A stretch of DNA of 64,000 nucleotides, taken from NCBI GenBank assembly GCA_027491415.1, contig JAOZFH010000026.1:62046-126045 (forward strand), in the 5' to 3' direction. The stretch is from Thermoproteota archaeon. Lineage in GTDB: Archaea > Korarchaeota > Korarchaeia > Korarchaeales > Korarchaeaceae. The position numbers and the translations under genes were made by a program. The notes beneath the pieces are model-generated. The model saw only the letters and a program-made list of their open reading frames with translations, had not been told where the DNA came from and searched no databases. Positions 37,559 to 45,956 of this stretch are shown in pieces (positions within the stretch are counted from its first letter, which is position 1; each line of letters opens with the position of its first letter).

Positions 37559-40500
37559 TTACAGAAAAGCCGACAGATCCGCTGACCCCTCGCCCTCACG
37601 CCTGGCCCGGCTCGCCTCCCTCCCACCACTCCACCCTCCGGGAGACGACTCGGAACTCGATGCGGTCTCCCCTCCATCCGAGGCGGCGAAGCTGAACTCG
37701 GTCAGGCTTCTAGCCCTGGACCCCTCGCCCTGAGTCAGGCTGGAGGTCAGGTCAAAGAGGCTATTGGCTTCATCCTCCAGCAGCTCCACCCTCTGCAGTA
37801 GGTATCCCCTCAGGTTGTAGGCCTCCAAGATCTTCTTCGTGGGCTCAAGGTACTTCACCGTGGACCTCGGGTGGATCGTGAGAGTTATGTTGCCTCCGCA
37901 GTAGGGGCACCTGCCGGAGAGCGGGGGCCTCCTGAACTTCCTGTTGCACTTGAGGCACCTGAACTTCTGGCTCGCATACTTCCTTAGGTTCCCCGCGATA
38001 TCCCTGAGGAAGTGCGCCGACATCGCCCGGGTTATCGCGTCTTCAGGGTCGACGGCGGAGATCTTCTCCTCGAGGGCGATGTGCCTCTCCAGCTTCTCCA
38101 ACATTGAGTTGAGGGTTCTGTACGCCGTAATCAGCGGCCCACGCCAGCAGTGCGACGTGGGGTGTGTGAATCCTATGCTCGGGTACCTGTCCCCCGAGGC
38201 GTACACGGTCCCCACGGTCTGTATAATCGAACCCTCCAGCTCCTGTGGGTACCTGTACTCGAGAGTCGCCTCGAAGAACTCTCTCGGATATCTCCAGACC
38301 ACCTCGATGTTGTAGCACTCGTCGTCGATGTACTCGAGGTCGATCCTCGTGACCAGTATGAGGGGGGCGTCCTCCCTCCCTCCGGGCTTGGACGGGAGGT
38401 AGGACTTGGAGAAGTTGAGCAGGCAGTCTAATCCGAGGATGAGCGAGTCCTCGTCGCCGTCGACATTCCTCCTCTTGGCGGCGTGGAGGTAGGGGTGGGC
38501 GAGGATTACGTCCGCATCGGTGAATCCGACTACCCTCACGGCGTTCGCCACGAAGGTGTGGGGTGAGATCGTGAACAGGATGTGCCCCACGAGGTCCTCC
38601 GGGCTCTGCAGGTTGTAGAACGGCTCGACGCCGTAGAACTTCGTCAGGAGCTCGTCTATGAACTTAGAGACCTGGTACAGGTACTCGGCGGCCTTCCTCG
38701 GGATGATGACGTCCTGTACCCGCAGCTCCAAGAGCTGGTCGTCCGAGACCAGCGGCCTCCCGTGGATGTCCTCCTCGTAGCCCAACTCCCTGAGCCTCTC
38801 TGGAGAGACCCCGGCCTCTGCGGGAGTGAAGTGCGTGAGAGAGGCGTTTGTAACGTCAAATCTTATCGTCCCGTCCTTGAAGACATACAGGTCGCGATAC
38901 GCCCTCAAAATTCCCTTCTCGAGGGGTTCAGGGCTCTTCGAATTGCTGGTGAGCCCTTGAACGCACTTGACCCCGTCGAGCGGGTACCCCCCTCCCAGGT
39001 GATCGACGGCCTCGGAGGTGATCGCCCTCACGTTGAGCTCGGTTGGGCGGTAGTTCACCGGGTCCTCTCTGGGGTGGTCGGGGCACCTCTGCCCCTCTCG
39101 GAGCCTCCTGCCGCAGCGGGGGCAGAAGAGTTGGGGCTCCGTCCTGACCCCGCAGGATGGGCAGGCGTAGTGCACCGTCTCCGCGCCGCATCTGGGGCAC
39201 CTCCTCAGGGCAACCTCCACGGCCGCGAGGCCGCTCTGGAGGGCTTTCTTGAGTGACCTGGACATCCCTTTCTGCCTTCCTATGGGAAAGAGCACGTTGA
39301 CCGGGGGTTTCATCTTCCTGGGCTTGGCCTTCTCCGGCCTACCCAGCCTCATGCCAACGAAGTAGGGGGCCTTTGGCATCACCTCGTAGGGGGCGAGGTC
39401 GTTCACCGCGCGCATGACCTCGTGGGGACCGTAGGCGGAGAGGTCCACATCGTTGGACAGGAGGGTCGTCTGAAGGGCCTTGGCGTCATCTCCCTCGACC
39501 ACTATCGCCCCGCCCTCAACCCTGTGCGGGACGCAGAGGGTCTCGAGGGCCTCCCTGAGTGAATCGGTGAGGGGGATCCTAAGCGCGCGCCCGTCGAAGG
39601 TCGAGGTTTTGAGGGCCTCGACGAGCTCGGACAGGCTGTTGACGGTCAGGTCGTGCCAGAAGTAGGTCCACCTCGGGTGGAGCGGGATTCCCAGCGAGAG
39701 GCTTAGCTCTACGGCGGTGTCAAAGTCGACTTGGGAGAAGGGGTCTTCCCTGAGCGGGTCGGGCAGCTGGTAATTCCTCCTCTCTGCCTCCGCTATCAGC
39801 AGTTCGTGCCACCACTCTTCCACCCACGCCGAGGGCAACAGGACGTGGTTGTTCTCTAGAAACTCCCCGAAGCCGATGAGAACGTCTCCCAAGAACAGGA
39901 TCCTGTCGACATCTGGGAGCAGGGCCCTGGCCGTCTCTGGATCTTCCAACCTCACCACAGACCCGTCCTTGAGCCTCACGACCGGGCCCTCGATTGAGTC
40001 CACAGGCATCACTATCGCGCTCTTTCCGGGTCTCTCGATCCGGACTTGCGTCCCAACCGCGAGGAAGTTCTCCAGGATCACCATGGTGGCCGGGTGCACC
40101 CCCACCGACGCCAGCCCTGTGTTCCTAGCGTGCCCGTACCGGAGCCTGAAGCCGCCCACCGCCGACGGGTGTGCCAGGACGGGCCTGCCGACGACCGAGT
40201 CCCTCAGGTACTTGTAAGACGGCGGGACGTAGGGGCAGCCTCCGGCCGACTCCCCCCTCCTCTCGGAGTCCTCCGCGCCGCTCGATCCCTTAACCCACTC
40301 CCATCCGCTCGGGTCGAAGTCCACTACCTCCCTGAGCTTAGGTATCGTCTTGGCGAGCTTCTTCCTCTTCTGCAGCAGGCAGTCGTTAAGGACTAGCGCA
40401 GCCCCTCCCCGCACTCTGTTCGTCTCCACCGTAGGCAGGTCCCTGTTTGTGGAGACCTCCACATCCTCCGTTGGCGGGCCCGTGACCTCAACCACCAGGT

Positions 40501-41113
40501 GCCTCGCGACGTACCTGACCTCGTCGGGGGTAGAGTTGTACTGGAGGTGAACGGCCCTGCGGTAGAGCTCGATCTCTTCTACGTACCTCTCGACCTCCGC
40601 ATCCGTCGGCCTGTACCTGCCAAGGCCGAGTTTCTGCCTGACGAAGTCCGCCAAAACGACACTCAGCGCTCCTTCAGTGCCGCCCGCCGTCCTTATCGGG
40701 CCGTTGTAGTACACCGCAAGGTACCGCGTACCGTCGCGCGGGTTCACCTTGATCCTCACCGAACTTATGCCCTCAATGGGGGCCGAGACGGTGGCGTCGG
40801 TCATGATGGCCATCCCGACCCTCACGGCCAGCTCCGCCAGCTCCTCCTCGTCCGCGCCGCCGGCCTCGAGCATGTCGCCGGCGACCCTGAAGGCCGTCTC
40901 GACCTTCCCGAACCCTTGCCTCAGGTACCTCTCGACGGCGTCGGCGAGGTCAGGCCTGTCAAACAGGGCGACAAGCCTCTGACCGAGGGTGTCGCCCCTG
41001 GCCACCTCTACCTCAGTGGAGGGGTCCAGTCCCTTCGCCCTGGCCCTCTTGGCCACCCTGTAGAGCTCCTCCACCTTCGCCTCGAGTTCCGCGAAGTACC
41101 CCTCCAGGTCCAT
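37559..41113 (-). CDS. polC: DNA polymerase D large subunit DP2
   Basis: GPIRTAGGT, GGFRLRYG, RLGRPEKA, FKDGTIRFD, RRNVDGDED, zinc fingers; start ATG 41113; no intein. Confidence 0.96.
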   Translation of the reverse strand: MDLEGYFAELEAKVEELYRVAKRARAKGLDPSTEVEVARGDTLGQRLVALFDRPDLADAVERYLRQGFGKVETAFRVAGDMLEAGGADEEELAELAVRVGMAIMTDATVSAPIEGISSVRIKVNPRDGTRYLAVYYNGPIRTAGGTEGALSVVLADFVRQKLGLGRYRPTDAEVERYVEEIELYRRAVHLQYNSTPDEVRYVARHLVVEVTGPPTEDVEVSTNRDLPTVETNRVRGGAALVLNDCLLQKRKKLAKTIPKLREVVDFDPSGWEWVKGSSGAEDSERRGESAGGCPYVPPSYKYLRDSVVGRPVLAHPSAVGGFRLRYGHARNTGLASVGVHPATMVILENFLAVGTQVRIERPGKSAIVMPVDSIEGPVVRLKDGSVVRLEDPETARALLPDVDRILFLGDVLIGFGEFLENNHVLLPSAWVEEWWHELLIAEAERRNYQLPDPLREDPFSQVDFDTAVELSLSLGIPLHPRWTYFWHDLTVNSLSELVEALKTSTFDGRALRIPLTDSLREALETLCVPHRVEGGAIVVEGDDAKALQTTLLSNDVDLSAYGPHEVMRAVNDLAPYEVMPKAPYFVGMRLGRPEKAKPRKMKPPVNVLFPIGRQKGMSRSLKKALQSGLAAVEVALRRCPRCGAETVHYACPSCGVRTEPQLFCPRCGRRLREGQRCPDHPREDPVNYRPTELNVRAITSEAVDHLGGGYPLDGVKCVQGLTSNSKSPEPLEKGILRAYRDLYVFKDGTIRFDVTNASLTHFTPAEAGVSPERLRELGYEEDIHGRPLVSDDQLLELRVQDVIIPRKAAEYLYQVSKFIDELLTKFYGVEPFYNLQSPEDLVGHILFTISPHTFVANAVRVVGFTDADVILAHPYLHAAKRRNVDGDEDSLILGLDCLLNFSKSYLPSKPGGREDAPLILVTRIDLEYIDDECYNIEVVWRYPREFFEATLEYRYPQELEGSIIQTVGTVYASGDRYPSIGFTHPTSHCWRGPLITAYRTLNSMLEKLERHIALEEKISAVDPEDAITRAMSAHFLRDIAGNLRKYASQKFRCLKCNRKFRRPPLSGRCPYCGGNITLTIHPRSTVKYLEPTKKILEAYNLRGYLLQRVELLEDEANSLFDLTSSLTQGEGSRARSLTEFSFAASDGGETASSSESSPGGWSGGREASRARREGEGSADLSAFL

Positions 41114-41222
41114 CCCTTCCCGTGTCCCACCGGCGGAGACGTTAATAACGAGGGGCGGCTCACTTTCCGGTCGGGTCGGGGACCCCCATGGGTCTCGAAG
41201 GACCGAGGCAGGTGAACCCCGA

Positions 41223-41462
41223 TTGGGTAGGAGAAAGAGGAGGACCATGACGCGGGTGAGGAGACCAGTCAGGAGGTCCGTATTCTTCAGGTGCCCACGT
41301 TGCCAGCACAACTCCGTCGTGGTGGAGCTGGACAGGAAGGGGGGCTTCGCTCTCATAAAGTGCTTCAACTGCCAGCTTACCGACACGGTCGAGATCTCAA
41401 GCACCGACGAGCGAGTGGACGCCTACGCCAAGTTCTTCGACAAGTATATCGGCGAGGTGTGA
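41223..41462 (+). CDS. elf1: Transcription elongation factor Elf1
   Basis: MGRRKRR, FRCPRC, CFNC, VDAYAKFFD. Confidence 0.9.
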   Translation: MGRRKRRTMTRVRRPVRRSVFFRCPRCQHNSVVVELDRKGGFALIKCFNCQLTDTVEISSTDERVDAYAKFFDKYIGEV

Positions 41463-41470
41463 CGCCGCTC

Positions 41471-42049
41471 CTACGTACCTGGCTCCCACACCTTGACCGT
41501 GTCGAAGCCCTCTCTGGCTGCAGAGAGGTTCACTTCCACCCCCCTTCCGGAGAGGGTGTCCCTGATGGCCGACTCGACGGACCCGATTTCCGCCAGCCCC
41601 GTGGCCTTAGCGACGGCCCCGACCATGGCTGTGTTTGGCACAGGAAGTCCGGCCACCTTCAGGCCCAGTCGGAGGGCGAGGCCGGTAGCATCCACCGTAG
41701 CCACCCTCCCGACCTCCTCCGGCACGCTGAGTTCTTCGGGGTCCCTCGGGGTGTTCGCGACGACGGTTGCTCCTGCCTTAAGGCCTTCAAACACGTCTGA
41801 ACTGCCCAAGAACATGGGGTCGACGAGGACGAGCACATCGGGGTGGTAGATCTGACTGCGCAGCCTGATTGGCCTTGACGAGATCCTCGTGAACGCCATC
41901 ACCGGGGCCCCCCTGCGCTCGGCGCCGAAGAATGGGAAGGCCTGGCTCCACTTACCCTCGTAGAAGGCAGCCTTTGCCAGCAGTCTAGAGGCCAAAACCA
42001 CCCCCTGGCCACCTCGACCGTGCCACCGGATCTCGACCACGTCGGGCAT
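41471..42049 (-). CDS. porG: Pyruvate/ketoisovalerate:ferredoxin oxidoreductase gamma subunit
   Basis: EIRWHGRGGQG, FPFFGAERRGAPV.AF.R, PNTAMVGA; start ATG 42049. Confidence 0.9.
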   Translation of the reverse strand: MPDVVEIRWHGRGGQGVVLASRLLAKAAFYEGKWSQAFPFFGAERRGAPVMAFTRISSRPIRLRSQIYHPDVLVLVDPMFLGSSDVFEGLKAGATVVANTPRDPEELSVPEEVGRVATVDATGLALRLGLKVAGLPVPNTAMVGAVAKATGLAEIGSVESAIRDTLSGRGVEVNLSAAREGFDTVKVWEPGT

Positions 42050-42132
42050 CTCCGACCTCCCCGGGGGGGACCGGTCAAACCTTTTAAATCGAGGCCAGGG
42101 GCACCTGCCCGTTAGGAGAGGGGGCATTCAGA

Positions 42133-42489
42133 TTGCCAGCGCGCTCAAAGAGATCTTCTTCAGTCCGGGCCTCTTCAAGGAGGAGGGCTGCCGCGAAAAA
42201 GAGGGTAGGGTCGAAAAAGATAAAACCGCGGAGGGCCCCCGAAGCCGCAGCAGTCGAACCCGGCGGGTTTGACCTGATGAGTCATGTCCTCGTTCCCAGG
42301 CACGAGATCGTCCCCCCGGATGAGAGGGAGGAGCTCATTCGGAGGTATGGCCCTCTGAAGCTGTTTCCGAAGATTCTGACTACGGATCCCGTGGTCAGAC
42401 AGCTGGGGGCCAAGCCTGGGGACGTGATCAAGATCACGCGACCTGGTGAGAGGGTCCCCGCCTACCGTGTGGTGGTGAGGGGAGGTTAG
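42133..42489 (+). CDS. rpo5: RNA polymerase subunit Rpo5 (H)
   Basis: HVLVPRHE, PKIL..DPV, GAKPGDVIKITR; basic N-terminal extension. Confidence 0.93.
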   Translation: MPARSKRSSSVRASSRRRAAAKKRVGSKKIKPRRAPEAAAVEPGGFDLMSHVLVPRHEIVPPDEREELIRRYGPLKLFPKILTTDPVVRQLGAKPGDVIKITRPGERVPAYRVVVRGG

Positions 42490-42511
42490 CGCTTGATCCG
42501 TCCTCCCATGT

Positions 42512-45500
42512 GTGTGTCGGGGGGTTTGGCGTTTGGGGAATAAGAGTCGAAATAGGAAGGGTACTGACCGTGTGGCCGGTCCCTCTCAGGTCCTAGAGAC
42601 CAAGAAGGTCGACTTCTACCCAATCGTGAAGGCCTTCTTCAGGGAGCACAGCCTGGTCGAGGCCCAGATCGAGTCGTTCAACAGCTTCCTCGAGCGTGGA
42701 CTCCAGGAGGTCGTAGACTCATTCAGGGAGATAGAGCTGATCGAGAACTACAAGCTGAGGCTCGGCAAGATAGAGGTTGGCCCGCCTGAGTTTGAGGAGT
42801 TCGACGGCGCCAGGTCCTCGATGACTCCCATTGAGTGCAGGCTGAGGAAGATCACCTACTGGGGCCCCGTGTACCTAGAGATCAAGGTTATAGGGCACGG
42901 GATGGAGCTAAAGACCGAGCGGGTCAAGATCGGCTACATTCCCATCATGGTCAGGTCCAAGAAGTGCGTCCTCCACGGCCTGACCGACGAGGAGCTGATA
43001 GCCAAGGGGGAGGACCCCGCAGACCCCGGCGGCTACTTCATCATCAACGGGAGCGAGAGGGTGGTCGTCATCAGGGACGACCTGGCCAGGAACAAGGTTA
43101 TCGTCGAGGAGACCACCGCCGGGAGCAAGCCGTACTCACACGCCGCCTACATAATCTCCGCCAGGGCCGGAATGAGGAGCCGCCTGTTCCTCGAGTACTA
43201 CCCGAGGGACGGCACCATAAAGGCGTCGTTCGGGGCCGTGAGAGGCGCGCCCGTCGCGATAATCCTCAAGGCGCTTGGCCTGGAGGACGACTCGCAGATA
43301 CTCCAGGCGATCTCCACGGACCCGGAGATAGCGAACGAGTTCCTGTACAGCCTCGACGAGGTGAGGAAAAGGGACCAAGAGGGTGGGTTCATAACCCAAG
43401 ACGAGGCCCTAGATTACATCGGGAGGAGGCTCATACAGAGCGCGCCGAAGCAGGAGAGGATCAACGCGGCCAGAGATTACCTCCGGAGGGCCCTCCTTCC
43501 ACACCTGGGTCAGAGCGAATCCGACAACATCAAGAAAGCCTACTTCATCGCGAAGATGATAGAGAGGCTGCTGAGGGTCGTCAAGGGCCAGGTGGAACCC
43601 GACGACAAGGACCACTTCTCCAACAAGAGGCTGAGGCTCGTTGGGGAGCTGATGCAGGAGGCCTTCAGGTACGCCTTCTACCGCCTGGTGAGGGAGCTGG
43701 AGGAGAAGGCCAACGAGCAGCTCACCCACGGGGTCTACGACCTAGACGTTAGGAGGATCGTGACCACGCAGAGCAAGATAACCCCCAGGATACTGAGGGC
43801 CCTGGCTACCGGTACGTGGCCGACTGGCGAGCTGGGGATAAGCCAGAACCTGGATAGGACCAACTACATCGCCGCCCTGCAGCACCTCAGGAGGGTCAAC
43901 TCGCCGCTGCCGCCGGGACTTCCGCTCCACGAGGCGAGGCAGATCCACGGGACTTCCGTGGGCAGGCTATGCCCTCTCGAGACCCCCGAGGGCACCAACG
44001 TGGGGCTGGTCAGGAGCCTGGCGACCTTCGCGGACGTCACATTCGGGATAGACCCGACCCCGATCATCGAGATGCTCCCCGAGCTGGGCGTGAAGCCGAT
44101 AGAGGAGGCCACTCCGGAGGAGGTCGGCTCCCTAGCCCAGGTCTACGTGAATGGAGCCCTGGTGGGGCTCACGGACGATCCTGAGGGTGTAGCCGAGGAG
44201 ATCAAGCGTCGTAGGCTAGAGATCAGCCCTGAGATCAACGTGGCCTACAGGGAAGAAGAGCGGGTCGTCATAATCAACGCGGACCCAGGCAGGATGAGGC
44301 GCCCGCTGATCCCCGTGGACAAGATCGAGGAGGCCATCAAGCTCCTGCCGGAGGTTGAGGAGGGTAAGGTCACCTTCAGCGACCTCGTGAGGAGGGGCAT
44401 CGTTGAACTCTTGGATCCAGACGAGGAGGAGGACGCCCTCGTGGCCTTCGACCTCGACAAGATCACGGACGAGCACACCCACCTGGACTTCGCCCCCTAC
44501 ATGATGATGGGGGTGGCCGCCGGTCAGATCCCCTACGCGGAGCACAACGCGATCCCGAGGGACATCATAGGCGGGAACATGGTCAAGCAGGGCCTCGGCT
44601 ACTACGCGACGAACTGGAGGCTCAGGATGGACAGCTCCTCCTACCTGTTCTACTACCCGCAGAGGCCTATAGTCAGGACCAGGACTGGTGAGATCACGGG
44701 GTACGACCTCAGGCCCTCGGGGCAGAACCTCGTGGTGGCCCTCCTGCCGATGGACGGTTACAACATGGACGACGCGCTCGTCATGAACAAGGGGGCAATA
44801 GACAGGGGCGCGGGCAGAGCCATATTCCTGCGGACCTACGAGGCCGTGGCCAGGAGGCAGGCCATAGTCGAGGGAGACAAGTTCGAGAACCCCTACGAGG
44901 TCAAGGGGGTCACGGGCAGGAGGGCTGAGGAGGCCTACCGGAAGCTCGCGGCCGACGGGATAGTCGAGCCCGAGACCGACGTCGAGGGTGGGGACGTGCT
45001 CATCGGCAGAACCAGCCCGCCCAGGTTCTCTCCCGAACTCGCTGGCGGGGCTGCCGGGCTCGCCATGACCTTCGAGAGGAGGGACACCTCCATAGACATG
45101 AGGGCATGGGAGAGGGGCGTGGTGACCGACGTGATACTAGCCACCGCCGAGAGCGGCGAGAAGATGGTGAGGGTGAGGGTGAGGGAGACCAGGATACCAG
45201 AGCTGGGAGACAAGTTCGCCACCAGGCACGGGCAGAAGGGAGTCATCGGAATGGTCTACAGGCAGGAGGACATGCCGTTCACCGCGGACGGGATAAGCCC
45301 GGACATAGTCCTGGACCCGCACGCCATACCGTCCAGGATGACGATCGGCCAGCTGATCGAGATCCTGGCGGGCAAGATCGGGGCGCTTGAGGGGAGGTTC
45401 ATAGACGGAACGCCGTTCGCGAAGGAGCCGGTAGGAGACCTAATGGAGGCGCTGAAGAGGCTTGGGTTCGAGTACACCGGCGAGGAGATCATGTACGACG

Positions 45501-45943
45501 GGAGAACCGGCAAGATGCTGAGGGCCCCCGTGTTCATAGGGGTGAGCTTCTACCAGAGGCTCAAGCACATGGTGAGGGACAAGATACACGCCCGGTCGAG
45601 GGGCCAGGTCCAGATACTCACGAGGCAGCCGGTCGAGGGGCGCGCCAGGGGAGGAGGGCTCAGACTGGGCGAGATGGAGGGGGAGGTCCTCATCTCCCAC
45701 GGCGCCGCGGCTATGCTGAGGGACAGGTACGTCGAGCACTCTGACAAGACGATAGTCTACGTCTGCAAGAGGTGCGGGTCTCTGGCGTTCTACAACGCCA
45801 TAACCAGCCAGTTCTTCTGCCCCAGGTGCCAGGACGCCGTGGAGGTCAGGCCTCTGATAACAGCTCACGCCACGAGGCTGCTGATCCAGGAGCTCACATC
45901 CGGCCTCGTAGACGTGCGCCTGGATGTGGAGGAGGAGGTATAG
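42512..45943 (+). CDS. rpo2: RNA polymerase subunit Rpo2 (B), unsplit
   Basis: DPGGYFIINGSE, ETPEG, GDKFATRHGQKG, GGLRLGEME; start uncertain within the first ~20 codons. Confidence 0.97.
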   Translation: MCRGVWRLGNKSRNRKGTDRVAGPSQVLETKKVDFYPIVKAFFREHSLVEAQIESFNSFLERGLQEVVDSFREIELIENYKLRLGKIEVGPPEFEEFDGARSSMTPIECRLRKITYWGPVYLEIKVIGHGMELKTERVKIGYIPIMVRSKKCVLHGLTDEELIAKGEDPADPGGYFIINGSERVVVIRDDLARNKVIVEETTAGSKPYSHAAYIISARAGMRSRLFLEYYPRDGTIKASFGAVRGAPVAIILKALGLEDDSQILQAISTDPEIANEFLYSLDEVRKRDQEGGFITQDEALDYIGRRLIQSAPKQERINAARDYLRRALLPHLGQSESDNIKKAYFIAKMIERLLRVVKGQVEPDDKDHFSNKRLRLVGELMQEAFRYAFYRLVRELEEKANEQLTHGVYDLDVRRIVTTQSKITPRILRALATGTWPTGELGISQNLDRTNYIAALQHLRRVNSPLPPGLPLHEARQIHGTSVGRLCPLETPEGTNVGLVRSLATFADVTFGIDPTPIIEMLPELGVKPIEEATPEEVGSLAQVYVNGALVGLTDDPEGVAEEIKRRRLEISPEINVAYREEERVVIINADPGRMRRPLIPVDKIEEAIKLLPEVEEGKVTFSDLVRRGIVELLDPDEEEDALVAFDLDKITDEHTHLDFAPYMMMGVAAGQIPYAEHNAIPRDIIGGNMVKQGLGYYATNWRLRMDSSSYLFYYPQRPIVRTRTGEITGYDLRPSGQNLVVALLPMDGYNMDDALVMNKGAIDRGAGRAIFLRTYEAVARRQAIVEGDKFENPYEVKGVTGRRAEEAYRKLAADGIVEPETDVEGGDVLIGRTSPPRFSPELAGGAAGLAMTFERRDTSIDMRAWERGVVTDVILATAESGEKMVRVRVRETRIPELGDKFATRHGQKGVIGMVYRQEDMPFTADGISPDIVLDPHAIPSRMTIGQLIEILAGKIGALEGRFIDGTPFAKEPVGDLMEALKRLGFEYTGEEIMYDGRTGKMLRAPVFIGVSFYQRLKHMVRDKIHARSRGQVQILTRQPVEGRARGGGLRLGEMEGEVLISHGAAAMLRDRYVEHSDKTIVYVCKRCGSLAFYNAITSQFFCPRCQDAVEVRPLITAHATRLLIQELTSGLVDVRLDVEEEV

Positions 45944-45956
45944 GGGGGTGGCCTGA

